Assembly (NCBI GenBank): GCA_963691875.1 | Contig: OY829846.1 | Span: 4,224,001 to 4,288,000 of the forward strand | Reading direction: 5' to 3' | Origin: Aureliella sp. | GTDB lineage: Bacteria; Planctomycetota; Planctomycetia; Pirellulales; Pirellulaceae | DNA: 64,000 nucleotides | In this document: one piece after another, positions 9,985 through 19,287 of the stretch | Numbering within the stretch: position 1 is the stretch's first letter | Layout of the letters: each line of letters begins with the position of its first letter | The notes under the pieces: model-generated | Databases searched by the model: none | The model's input: the letters and a program-made list of their open reading frames with translations, nothing else | What the model was told of the DNA's origin: nothing | Made by a program: the position numbers and the translations under genes

Positions 9985-10704
9985 ATGCACACCCACGATC
10001 TCACGCTTGGACTAGCTTTTGGCCTGGGAGCTTTGCATGCTCTCGAGCCGGGTCATGGGAAGACTGCAATGCTCGTCTATCTCTCAGGCGAGCGCAGGAG
10101 CTTTCTGCATCCCGTTGTGATGGGACTGTCGAGTGCGATTTCTCATTCCGTATCTTTGATCGCCATCGCCGCAATGGTGCATTTGACGCACCATTTGCTG
10201 ATTGACGATCATGAGCATGCAGAAGAGGGCGGGGTAACCCTTGGTTTGCAATGGGCTTCTGCGATTCTCGTCATGGGAGTTGGGATCTGGATGTGTGTCT
10301 CCGCTTGGCGTGCCAAACCGGCCAACTGCGGATGCTCGAGCCACAAATCGAGTTGCGATCACGACGCGGATCAGTCCGATAAGAAAGGCTTGCGAACAAG
10401 CTACTCCATGAGTGCTCTCCTCGGTGTCGCCTTCGGCCTATTGCCATGTCCGTCTGCTCTGGCAGCTTACTTCACAAGCATGTCGAGTGGCTCACCCGTA
10501 GCCGCATATGGAGTAATCGGTCTCTTCGCTGCTGGCATTGCTTTTTCCCTCACTCTGGTTGGAATTGCGGTGCAAGCTTTTGGTGGACGAATTGCGAAGA
10601 GCAATCGAACTTGGCTCATGAGTTTCCCTTGGGCATGGACTCGCGCGATCCTGATCACCGGCCTGGGGGTGTTTTATCTCTACCGCACATCCGCCATCGC
10701 ATAG
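9985..10704 (+). CDS. rcnA: Nickel/cobalt efflux transporter RcnA-like (NiCoT superfamily)
   Basis: Motifs GALHALEPGHGKT and GLLPCPSA, His-rich loops and multiple TM helices. Confidence 0.8.
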   Translation: MHTHDLTLGLAFGLGALHALEPGHGKTAMLVYLSGERRSFLHPVVMGLSSAISHSVSLIAIAAMVHLTHHLLIDDHEHAEEGGVTLGLQWASAILVMGVGIWMCVSAWRAKPANCGCSSHKSSCDHDADQSDKKGLRTSYSMSALLGVAFGLLPCPSALAAYFTSMSSGSPVAAYGVIGLFAAGIAFSLTLVGIAVQAFGGRIAKSNRTWLMSFPWAWTRAILITGLGVFYLYRTSAIA

Positions 10705-10864
10705 AGACGTTACAGGGCAGGGCAAGTCAGAGTTTCAATCTGTGAGCCAACGTCGCGAGACGCGGGCTCATGTTTTCTTGGTTAAGCCTGACGCTAGCTA
10801 GCGCTGTAGGCTCACTCCAACAGTCTGAAAAACAATGATTGGCCTACGTTGCGGGGCAGGAGTA

Positions 10865-12112
10865 CTAATTGTCGGATGTACTATCTCGCAAGAACGGAAA
10901 AATCGTTTTCGCGCGTTTAAATGCATCTGGAGACGCTTTCTCGCATGCGTCGAGCGCCTTGGCTGCCTCTGGTTTAGGACATGCCCGAAGGTAATTGATG
11001 ATCGGCACGAGAAGCTGTTGTTGCTCGGCCTCTGCAGCGGCCAGAAATTTGGTCTTTAATGTTTCGACATGAGACCAATCCTCGAGTCGGGCCATGTCTG
11101 GGATCACCATGTCGACGCAGTCGGCATCATCAAGCAATGAGGAGAGTGCTTTGCAGATTCGCTTCTTGTCAAATTTTTGAAACTCTTGCGCGTGGACACG
11201 GAGTGCTGAGAGCGCCGCGAAACGCTCCGAGTGATGCCTTTCAGAGCTGCGAAATAATTCAAGTTCAACTCGCTCTAGCGCCGGTTCACTTCCAAGTAAT
11301 AGATAGGTGGAGATAGCTGCGTCCAAACCAACTGCGTCTTGTGAAATCGGCTTTTCTTTTCTTGCAGTCATCTGACGTTCGATGGCCGCCCAGGCAAACT
11401 TCGCGTCTTCCTTTTCCCCGCAAAGTCCCAGGATAGCCCAATAGAATCGGCGATGACTGACCGAGACCTCATTCTGCTCCAGACGCTCCCGAATCGCTTT
11501 CGGTCCAAGCTCCTTGCTCCATGGCCGGAGTTCCTCGGTCGAAACTTTCGCGAGAGCATTGTAGGAATCGCGCTGGACCCAAGTGTCCTCTGATTCCAGG
11601 TGCTTCCAGTAAAGGTTCAGCCAGCGATACTTGTCGCGCGAACTCGCCAAGACTTCCTCGCGGATGGATTCCGCGCCATGTCGCGCGAGCCATTCAGGTG
11701 ACTCAAGCCGCGAGTAACCAAAAACATGCTGGACGTAGTCCAGGCAGGACTTCGACATCGGTTCGACAGGCGACCAAGCGAGTTCGCCATCCTGCCCGAT
11801 GCAAAACATCAAGGTACGTTCACCAACCTTGTACCTCTTGAGCGAGTAGGCTTGAACAACGGTGCCAACTAGTTTGAGGGACGCATCGATTTGCTTCGCT
11901 TCAGCGGCGCTTGGAGCCAAACTCTCAATGCGGAAAGAATGAAGTGGAAGATCGCCAACTTGGCGAACTGATTCGGTGCAGATGGCAATGGCAACATGAT
12001 CGACTTGCGACAGTTCTTCGCGAAGGCAGGGCGCTAACGCCGAGCAGAACGGGCACCCCAATCCAATCCTGGCTAGGACAAAGATGAAAGCTAGGGTAAG
12101 CCAATAACGCAT
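10865..12112 (-). CDS. Exported hypothetical protein with mature N-terminal CPFC motif and helical-repeat C-terminus
   Basis: 415-aa ORF with a signal peptide followed directly by CPFCSA. Confidence 0.75.
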   Translation of the reverse strand: MRYWLTLAFIFVLARIGLGCPFCSALAPCLREELSQVDHVAIAICTESVRQVGDLPLHSFRIESLAPSAAEAKQIDASLKLVGTVVQAYSLKRYKVGERTLMFCIGQDGELAWSPVEPMSKSCLDYVQHVFGYSRLESPEWLARHGAESIREEVLASSRDKYRWLNLYWKHLESEDTWVQRDSYNALAKVSTEELRPWSKELGPKAIRERLEQNEVSVSHRRFYWAILGLCGEKEDAKFAWAAIERQMTARKEKPISQDAVGLDAAISTYLLLGSEPALERVELELFRSSERHHSERFAALSALRVHAQEFQKFDKKRICKALSSLLDDADCVDMVIPDMARLEDWSHVETLKTKFLAAAEAEQQQLLVPIINYLRACPKPEAAKALDACEKASPDAFKRAKTIFPFLRDSTSDN

Positions 12113-12160
12113 TATTGCTCCAGACGGGATTCGCGATCGAGCGTTTGAGACTTAGGTCAA

Positions 12161-12829
12161 TCAAGCTTGTTCAACCAAAGGGTGAAACGCCGGAACTTGG
12201 GCTCGCAGCCGAATTTCACACTCGAGGCTGGCGAGCCTAGCATGAAACTCATCTGCTCGCCCTGGGTAAAGCCGTACAAGTTTCTTACAAAGCGATCTCA
12301 ACAAAATACATGTAGCGAGCCCACCGCTATCCCGACTCGGCGCTTCGAGGTACTCCACGTGATGCCCTTGATTTTTTAATCGCTCAGCTGAGATCGGGTT
12401 GATGTGATTCCGGGAAACGAAAAGCGTCGTTTGCTCGAAATCCACCTGTCCACGCAGGCGATTCTGATGTCGCAGGTCGATTCGCCGGACCTTGGAGTTC
12501 GAACCCACAAGTTTCTGCAAGCAATATTGTGTTTTTGGGTCCGCGGCACAGAGCAACAGTGGTTCGTCTGCGCGAACCGCCGTGATTTGTAAGCCTAGAA
12601 CTAGAAAGAAAACGAACGCGACTGCTCTTCGCCTTACGGAACAAGCACCCTCGCCGAGCCTCAAATTGCTTGAGGCGGAGGGCGAGTCAGAATCTGCCCG
12701 CCTAAATTCGCTGCCAAATAGTATTCCACTGTGTGAAAACACTTTCCATTGGCAGGAGCCCTGCTGCCGGTCGCCTAAAACTGCTCGAACACTCACGGTC
12801 ATTGCCCTTCCCCGGTCATTTGAATCCAA
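12161..12829 (-). CDS. Hypothetical protein, weak resemblance to a truncated ZnuA/TroA-type binding protein
   Basis: Internal signal-like segment (AVAFVFFLVLGLQITAVRA). C-terminal LVRLYPGRADEFHARLASL recalls the TroA long helix. Start uncertain. Confidence 0.4.
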   Translation of the reverse strand: MDSNDRGRAMTVSVRAVLGDRQQGSCQWKVFSHSGILFGSEFRRADSDSPSASSNLRLGEGACSVRRRAVAFVFFLVLGLQITAVRADEPLLLCAADPKTQYCLQKLVGSNSKVRRIDLRHQNRLRGQVDFEQTTLFVSRNHINPISAERLKNQGHHVEYLEAPSRDSGGLATCILLRSLCKKLVRLYPGRADEFHARLASLECEIRLRAQVPAFHPLVEQA

Positions 12830-12873
12830 AGGCAGCTCTATTTGACTCGACTATAGCTGATGCAAGTCAGATG

Positions 12874-12896
12874 TAAATGCATACGATTTGCATTTA
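12874..12896. promoter_or_regulatory. Putative Fur/Zur-family operator
   Basis: Palindrome TAAATGCA-TACGATT-TGCATTTA upstream of the 12829/12112 genes, with a weaker adjacent copy at 12860-12876. Confidence 0.65.
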
Positions 12897-12934
12897 TATC
12901 AGGTTCATCATGACCGAAGAGCCAGTGGCGAATC

Positions 12935-15112
12935 CTACTCGGAGCTCTCGCTAGGTTGAGTGCGAGATCTTGAGATCTGCAGAAACAGTGTGCCGCCGAG
13001 CAACAGGCCGACAGAAATGACCAACAACCACCAGGGCAAATGCTCTTGGTTTAGCTGTCCGATATTCCAGGATTCCAATAGATCTTTGGACTGAACAATC
13101 ATCAGCAAGAGGCTGTTGTGGATTGCATGCAGCATCATCGAGGGAATGACACTTTGGCTTCGATAGGCAACGCTTCCCAGCAGGAAGCCCATAAGCGTAC
13201 TGGGCAGCAATCGCTCCGGCGAAGCAGCCCCGGCCAAAACAACATGAAAGAAGCCGAACGCCAATGCAGATACCGCTACGGTGCCGAATGCAGTCAAGCT
13301 TCTTTTTAATCCGTTAAGCAGGTAACCGCGGAAGAAGAACTCCTCGCAAACCCCAGGCACAATACCTAGGCAGATTACGATTAGCCAATTTGGCACTTCT
13401 TTCCAGCCAGCTAGCAACTCGTCCACGTTCTCGATCTGACTTGGATCGAACCCGCGTATCCCAAGGCTCTGGGCGAGGATCACTAGCTCAAAAACCAAGG
13501 GCCAAGTACCGAGGCCGAACAAGGTAGCTGCAATCCAGTAATTCCATTTCGCCTTCTTCCACCCTGACCCCTCAGTGGGCGATACTCGCAGCCAGCGCAA
13601 GAGCAGCCAAGGCACGCCGATGAACAACACGATTGTAAGTACCGCAGAAATCACCAAGCGATTGGCAGGCTGACCTTCTTCCCCACGACTCATGATCCCT
13701 GAGGCGATGAAGTAGGCAGGAAACATGAGGGCTAGAGTTGACAGTGCCGCTGAAAGCGATGGCAACTGGACTTGCTCTTTGGGTCGCTCGATCAAATCCT
13801 TCCAGAGTCCTCGGCTGCCAACCGCTACGGCATCATTCCCAAACACACGTGCGGCAAATGACAATGCGGCAGCGCCGTAAAGAATCGTTGAGATAAAGGC
13901 TGCAGTGGCTGGCAATTGCGGAACGCTTCCTTCGAGTAACTCGCGTGTCAGCAAGAGAACGTTGACGAGCGGAATTACAGCAGTCCCAAATCCAAGACTC
14001 CAGCCCGGAAGGAGGATGACCATTCCTGGTGCAAGCGAAAGGAGTAGTAGCGGAATGAGATAGGCTTGGGCTTCTTTGAAGCTTCTTGCTGAACTGGTCA
14101 AAAGAAGCAGCACGGCTGAATAGAAAAAGGCAAAAACGTTCAGCGCGAAAAACAGCTTCAATCCCAATGCGAGCGTGAAGCCGTTTTCTCCCAGCAAGCT
14201 CTTATCCAGCTGAAGCGCGAAAAGTGTCAAACTCATTGCCAGTAAGTTCATCAGCCCGGTTAGCATGGTTACCACGACAACGGCCACATACTTTGCTGCT
14301 AGCAATCGAAACTTAGGCACCGGCAAAGCCATTAATGCTTCCATCGTGTTGCGCTCGCGCTCACCGGCTGTCAGGTCAATCGCCGGATATACGCCTCCGG
14401 TCACCGTCATCAGAAGCAAGATCAACGGCAAGAGCCCGAGAATGGCAGAACCAGTTTCGGCAGGAGTGAGCATCGTACGTGACTGCTCGATCGGAATCGG
14501 CAAGCTTTGCCCATTCTGATTGGCCCAACGTTTGATCCATTCAATGTTTGCTGCAGCCAAGTGCTGTTCGACAAACAGGGCGACTTCGGCACTCAAAGCT
14601 GAACCATCGTTTTGCAAAAGCTCGACGCTTGCTTCGCGCTGCACCGCCTCATTGGATTCCTTGAACTCTACCTTGATTCCCAGATCCGCAGTCGTCTGCA
14701 TGACCATCTGCTCAAGGTCAAAATCCTTGTCGTCATCGGGAACTAGGAGCTGCAATTCAGGAGTGCCTTCTGGCTTCTCCACCGCAGCCAAGTCTGGATC
14801 TGTGGTTTGCAGCGCCTCAGAGACCCACATTGCCTCCTCTTCCGTTTCGAAAGCCAGGCGATAGGCGTACTGTTGAGTTCCCGATGATGGCAATGCAATG
14901 AACCGTAGCCCAAGACCGAGCAGTGGGTAGAGCAGTAGCGGCATCACCATCAGCGTTACCGTCGTGCGACGATCACGCAGCGTCTCACGCAATTCTTTAA
15001 GCGTGAACTCCATCTGCTGAGAAAACGAAAAAGGGACTCTCGCGTTTATGTGGCTTTCTTTCACCCGAGATTCAACCCGCGTCTGTTCTTCAGTCATGCT
15101 GTTATCCCTCAC
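12935..15112 (-). CDS. NatB-like ABC-2 permease fused to a CPBP metalloprotease domain
   Basis: [24 protein letters not shown] and ARSFKEAQ in the permease part. C-terminal EEFFFRG, FGFFH and HAIHN. Confidence 0.9.
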   Translation of the reverse strand: MRDNSMTEEQTRVESRVKESHINARVPFSFSQQMEFTLKELRETLRDRRTTVTLMVMPLLLYPLLGLGLRFIALPSSGTQQYAYRLAFETEEEAMWVSEALQTTDPDLAAVEKPEGTPELQLLVPDDDKDFDLEQMVMQTTADLGIKVEFKESNEAVQREASVELLQNDGSALSAEVALFVEQHLAAANIEWIKRWANQNGQSLPIPIEQSRTMLTPAETGSAILGLLPLILLLMTVTGGVYPAIDLTAGERERNTMEALMALPVPKFRLLAAKYVAVVVVTMLTGLMNLLAMSLTLFALQLDKSLLGENGFTLALGLKLFFALNVFAFFYSAVLLLLTSSARSFKEAQAYLIPLLLLSLAPGMVILLPGWSLGFGTAVIPLVNVLLLTRELLEGSVPQLPATAAFISTILYGAAALSFAARVFGNDAVAVGSRGLWKDLIERPKEQVQLPSLSAALSTLALMFPAYFIASGIMSRGEEGQPANRLVISAVLTIVLFIGVPWLLLRWLRVSPTEGSGWKKAKWNYWIAATLFGLGTWPLVFELVILAQSLGIRGFDPSQIENVDELLAGWKEVPNWLIVICLGIVPGVCEEFFFRGYLLNGLKRSLTAFGTVAVSALAFGFFHVVLAGAASPERLLPSTLMGFLLGSVAYRSQSVIPSMMLHAIHNSLLLMIVQSKDLLESWNIGQLNQEHLPWWLLVISVGLLLGGTLFLQISRSRTQPSESSE

Positions 15113-15882
15113 GCGATCGCACTGATACTGGCAGAATCGGCTGTACTATCGGCCACCGATGACTCATCGCGCATCAGCCGCAGGAAGATTTCAACCAGTG
15201 ATGGTTGGCCAGTTTCTTGCTTCAATTCTTCGAGCGTTCCCTCGTACTTGAGTTTGCCGCGATAGAGCAATCCGAATCGATCGCAAAACCGTTCAGCCTC
15301 TTCCAGCTGGTGTGTGCAGACGATGATGGCCTTGCCGGCTTCGCGTAGAAGCTGCACAAAATCAAAAACCACTTTTGAGCCGACAACATCGAGTCCACGA
15401 GTGGGCTCGTCGAGCAAGACAACCGGTGGGTCATGAACGAGAGCACGAGCTAAATTGACACGCTGAGACTGCCCGGTGCTGAGTGTTGCACAGCGTCGAT
15501 CTAAGAAAGTTTCCAACTCCATGCGTTGTGATAGCTCAGCGATACGCTCCGCAACCTGCTCTTCATTCAAGCCAAATCCGATCGCGAAATAACGCAGCAT
15601 TTCACGCGGGGTCAACCACTGATAGAGGCCGGCACTTGCAGATACCAAACCGATAAGGCGTTTCATACGCAGCGGATCCACGGAAACGCTCGAATCTAGG
15701 ATCGTTGCATCACCGCTAGTCGGCTCAAGCAAGCCTAGGATCATTCTCAGAGTCGTTGTCTTGCCCGCCCCATTGGGCCCAAGCAAGCCGTAAACCTCGC
15801 CGCCTCCGACCTTAAAGGATAAGCGATCGACTGCAACCACTTCACCGTCGTATGTTTTAGTAATTTCGCTGAGCTCGATCAT
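15109..15882 (-). CDS. ABC transporter ATP-binding protein (NatA-like)
   Basis: Walker [10 protein letters not shown], signature LSTGQ, Walker B LLDEPT and H-loop. Confidence 0.93.
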   Translation of the reverse strand: MIELSEITKTYDGEVVAVDRLSFKVGGGEVYGLLGPNGAGKTTTLRMILGLLEPTSGDATILDSSVSVDPLRMKRLIGLVSASAGLYQWLTPREMLRYFAIGFGLNEEQVAERIAELSQRMELETFLDRRCATLSTGQSQRVNLARALVHDPPVVLLDEPTRGLDVVGSKVVFDFVQLLREAGKAIIVCTHQLEEAERFCDRFGLLYRGKLKYEGTLEELKQETGQPSLVEIFLRLMRDESSVADSTADSASISAIA

Positions 15883-16023
15883 GCGAATTCTCTCGAATGA
15901 AGAGTGATTTCGTCTTTTGCTCCGCGACAGCTAGCTGGTTTTTGATGCGGAGCAAAAGTCGATTAAGAGTGAAAACTCTAGGTACCTTGCAATCGGTACT
16001 GATCTTAACGACCAATGGTTCGC

Positions 16024-16044
16024 AGTTGCACAACCATTGCAATT
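16024..16044. promoter_or_regulatory. Putative Fur/Zur-family operator
   Basis: AGTTGCA-CAACCAT-TGCAATT in the divergent intergenic region between the ABC ATPase and the FmdB-like gene. Confidence 0.55.
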
Positions 16045-16204
16045 AGAGTGAGCAATTTTTTGCAAGTGTCGCTAGGGGGATATTTGCTGTCTAGGCGGGA
16101 ATAACAAGGTTGTTCCGTAATTTCGCAATGATGGGGCGAGACGTGCAGGCCGAAGCGATCTATGATGAGTGTACGCAGGTAGGAATCTTCCAGAAGAGTG
16201 TGCT

Positions 16205-16411
16205 ATGCCAACCTATGAATACGAAACAATACCAGAAAAGGATGGGCAAGAGCCAAAGCTGTTTGAAGTAGTTCAACGGATGATCGATGAACCGTTGACA
16301 GAGCACCCTGAAACCGGCGAGCCAGTACGTCGAGTTATTTCCGGTGGCATTTCACTGCCGGTTTCGTCCAAGGGTGGCGACTGCTGTGACAGCGGTTGCT
16401 CCTGCGGCTAA
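16205..16411 (+). CDS. FmdB-family small regulatory protein
   Basis: MPTYEYE...FEVVQRMIDEPLTEHPETGEPVRRVISGG followed by a Cys-rich tail CCDSGCSCG. Confidence 0.8.
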   Translation: MPTYEYETIPEKDGQEPKLFEVVQRMIDEPLTEHPETGEPVRRVISGGISLPVSSKGGDCCDSGCSCG

Positions 16412-16425
16412 GCTCCTGCCTCAGG

Positions 16426-17223
16426 TCAACTTCGAGATGACTCGATCTGTGCGTAGGCATTGTGCTGGTGGATTGACTCGAAATTTTCGGACGAACAGCG
16501 GTACCATGCGATTCGGTCATCTTCATTGAGAATGACAGCTATATCGCGAACGATATCTTCTACGAACTTCGGATTGTCGTAGGCCGCTTCCGTAACATTC
16601 TTCTCGTCTGCTCGCTTCAGCGTTGGAAAGACAGAGCAGGATGCTGCTTTCTCAAGCATGCTAAAAAGTTCGTCCACGCCAGCTTCGCAGCCAGATGCAA
16701 ACTCGACGCTTGCTTTCAACTCACAACGTTGATTGTGAGCACCATAGGCGGAAATCTCTTTTGAGCACGGGCAAAGACTGGTTGCAGGGCCAGCTATGGT
16801 TGTACGAATTCTGTTTTCTTCACCCAACTCAATTTCAATGCAGACGTCGAGCTGAAGCATGCCCAGTTCGCCAGTTACTGGAGCCGCACGATGCACAACG
16901 AATGGAAATCGAAGCGTGCCGCAAACCTGGGATGCACCTAGTCTTTCCCGCATCCGCCCGAACAGCTCCGTCAAAGTCGCGTAGTTCAGTGGCTGATCGT
17001 GCTCAAGCAGAACCTGCACAAAACGGGACATATGGGTCCCCTTCTGATCTGCGGGGAGCGCAACGAACATATCCACCGAGCCAATCGTACTCTGCGCTTC
17101 GGCCGTGCTTTCGGACGTGGGAGCAAATCGGAAAGACCAAGGAACCTTGGTTACACCAACCTGATTGATCGACATATTTCGTGCGTCTGCATACGACTGC
17201 ACATCAGGGAGAGTTTGCATCAA
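16426..17223 (-). CDS. folE2: GTP cyclohydrolase IB (zinc-independent FolE2)
   Basis: Motifs LPDVQ, KGTHMSRF, TSLCPCSKEIS, GAHNQR, NPKFVEDIVR and ESIHQHNA. Confidence 0.95.
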   Translation of the reverse strand: MMQTLPDVQSYADARNMSINQVGVTKVPWSFRFAPTSESTAEAQSTIGSVDMFVALPADQKGTHMSRFVQVLLEHDQPLNYATLTELFGRMRERLGASQVCGTLRFPFVVHRAAPVTGELGMLQLDVCIEIELGEENRIRTTIAGPATSLCPCSKEISAYGAHNQRCELKASVEFASGCEAGVDELFSMLEKAASCSVFPTLKRADEKNVTEAAYDNPKFVEDIVRDIAVILNEDDRIAWYRCSSENFESIHQHNAYAQIESSRS

Positions 17224-17280
17224 AGTGCTCGATTAGATAGCCAGCCAAGGAGTCGAATATCGTCCATTCAGAAGGTCGAC

Positions 17281-17904
17281 TCAGTTTGCTGGCTTGGTTG
17301 GGCAACAGCCGCAACGACAGGAAAACCGACGATTGATCAAGTGAGCGCAAACCAGCAAGATTCCACCAAAAGGTGTTACGAACGGAACGAGTCCTGCCAT
17401 CACTGGGCTTTTGTCCGCAGAATCAACCAGCTGAGGATTGTTCTCATTATCATTTGCTTCTTCGGATTTGCATAGCTCACAGTCGCAAACAGTCCCTACA
17501 GTCTGAGAGGAAGAATCTGAACCAACTACAGCCATTTCTTCCGCCGGAGCACAGCAAGCACAAGTGTGCTCCAATGCAAAAGCAGCCACGCTAATGCAGG
17601 TAAGTCCAGCCAAGGCAACGCCAGCAGGTAACCAACGTTTGTGCCGTCGCCACCCTGGAACGAAGGAAGCCAGAGCCAAAAACGTGCAAACTACCACCAT
17701 AACCTTGTGGAACGCCTCGTCAGCCAGAAAACTGAGGCCGAACATTGGCAGAAATGCGATGACGAATGGCATCGCTGCGCAGTGAATGGCGCAAGCGATC
17801 GAAGCAAGAATGCCAAACCAGTCAGGCAATATAGATCCAGATGCTGCCTTTTCGGAGGCGGCACTTCCTGGGGCGATTTCATCTATGACAACTAAGCTCG
17901 ACAA
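17281..17904 (-). CDS. MerC-domain membrane protein with Cys-rich insert
   Basis: DWFGILASIACAIHCAAMP, GWRRH and AHLIN. TTG start at 17904 inferred from an upstream AGGA; the ORF is open to 18006. Confidence 0.85.
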   Translation of the reverse strand: MSSLVVIDEIAPGSAASEKAASGSILPDWFGILASIACAIHCAAMPFVIAFLPMFGLSFLADEAFHKVMVVVCTFLALASFVPGWRRHKRWLPAGVALAGLTCISVAAFALEHTCACCAPAEEMAVVGSDSSSQTVGTVCDCELCKSEEANDNENNPQLVDSADKSPVMAGLVPFVTPFGGILLVCAHLINRRFSCRCGCCPTKPAN

Positions 17905-18008
17905 GGTGTCATTCCTGAGGCTAGTTTCTTCGCTTCTGAGATCCGGGGACTTCCCAGCAACTGCAAATCGGTCACTAACCCGATCATTCTCTACTAACCC
18001 CAGCAATT

Positions 18009-18029
18009 TAATGCAAATCTATTGCATTT
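18009..18029. promoter_or_regulatory. Putative Fur/Zur-family operator
   Basis: TAATGCA-AATCTAT-TGCATTT between the divergent merC-folE2 unit and the Fur-family gene. Confidence 0.7.
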
Positions 18030-18211
18030 GCAACTGGATCTGAGTTGCGGGCAAAAAAAGGTGAGTAGGGTATTTCCGGCCGATGGGCCCCAGATCTCTA
18101 GGGCTAGTCAAAATGCGATGCTATACTCCTAGGTCAGGTCTTCCCTTTCGATTCCCGTTTGTTACCTAGCTGGTCACGCGGTTTGGGTTACCGCACGAAT
18201 GCGGTGCGTAT

Positions 18212-18637
18212 ATGTCAGAATCTGCAGTAGAGCAAAGCAAGCTTGTGATCCGCGAAGCCGGTTTGAGAGCCACCCCTGCGCGCGTTGCGACACTAGAATT
18301 GCTGCAAAAATCTTCGTCGCCACTTACCCACGCTGACGTTGCTGAGCATCTCTCGAAGACCGGAGTCGACAAGGCTACCGCTTTTCGGGCGTTAAACGAT
18401 ATGACGGAAGCTGGTTTGCTCCGCCGAACGGAGCTCGGAGATCGCGTTTGGCGGTTTGAACTAATCGGCGAGGGCGAGCACGAGCATTTGGGGCATCCGC
18501 ATTTTGTTTGCATCGATTGCGGGCAAGTATCCTGCTTGGGCGATATCAAGCTCACCAAAAAAAGCCTCACGACGAGTGCGCAGATTGGCAGGATCACCGA
18601 GATCCTCCTTCGCGGTCAATGCGCCGATTGCTTGTAG
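18212..18637 (+). CDS. Fur-family transcriptional regulator (probably Zur-like)
   Basis: GLRATPAR, ATAFRALN, HPHFVCIDCG and C-terminal GQCADC. Confidence 0.92.
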   Translation: MSESAVEQSKLVIREAGLRATPARVATLELLQKSSSPLTHADVAEHLSKTGVDKATAFRALNDMTEAGLLRRTELGDRVWRFELIGEGEHEHLGHPHFVCIDCGQVSCLGDIKLTKKSLTTSAQIGRITEILLRGQCADCL

Positions 18638-19287
18638 CCATCAGCAACGCGCACAGTTCAACTTCTTCCTGTCGCGGCTTCTTCTCTCTCGCTCAGTGCC
18701 ATAGTCACCCATGCTCGCCGGTCGAAGAGGAGTCATGGCCAACTGACGGACCCGAACACTGCTGCCTTGGCAATTCTATGTCTGTCGGCAGTGGTGAATC
18801 TAGCAGCCGGCTACAGTCTTCTAGCTAGGGTGCGACTTGCTCGTCAATGGCCGAGGATTTTGCGTTCTCCGTCATCATTGCCAATGTCATTCATCTATCT
18901 ATTGCGTTTGGCCAAGTGGCAAGACGATCCCTTGCGGATCTTTCTTTGTGGCAAGCGTTCCATTCGCCTCCACTCTCTTGATAGTGCTGATGTACTTTAG
19001 TTATGCTTCGGCGCTTGATGACAAGGCGATGCTTCAGTGGTTTCGCGTTTCGTGCCCAAAATGCGAGGAGAAAGGAGTAGCATCAGACTTCTTCTATCAA
19101 GCAGCGGTCTGCAAGAAGTGCAACTTTAATTAACGCTGACTGTGTTGCCAGCTGATGCGCGATAGGTATGTCATCCAAGAACTAAGGCGGAAGACTAGTC
19201 AGAATCTGCCAGTCCAAGTTCGTTTTCAAGCAGTATTCCTTGCGCGAATGCCCCTATCTTGGTATGAGCTCTTCTGCCGGTTGTCGC

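Noticed and set aside
17281..17904. Mercury-resistance operon
   Set aside because: There is no merA, merR or merP. The MerC domain sits with folE2 and Fur, which points to general metal homeostasis.
18735..19133. Overlapping short ORFs ending in CPKC..CKKC, possibly a broken membrane zinc-ribbon gene
   Set aside because: No recognisable family and no consistent frame or start.
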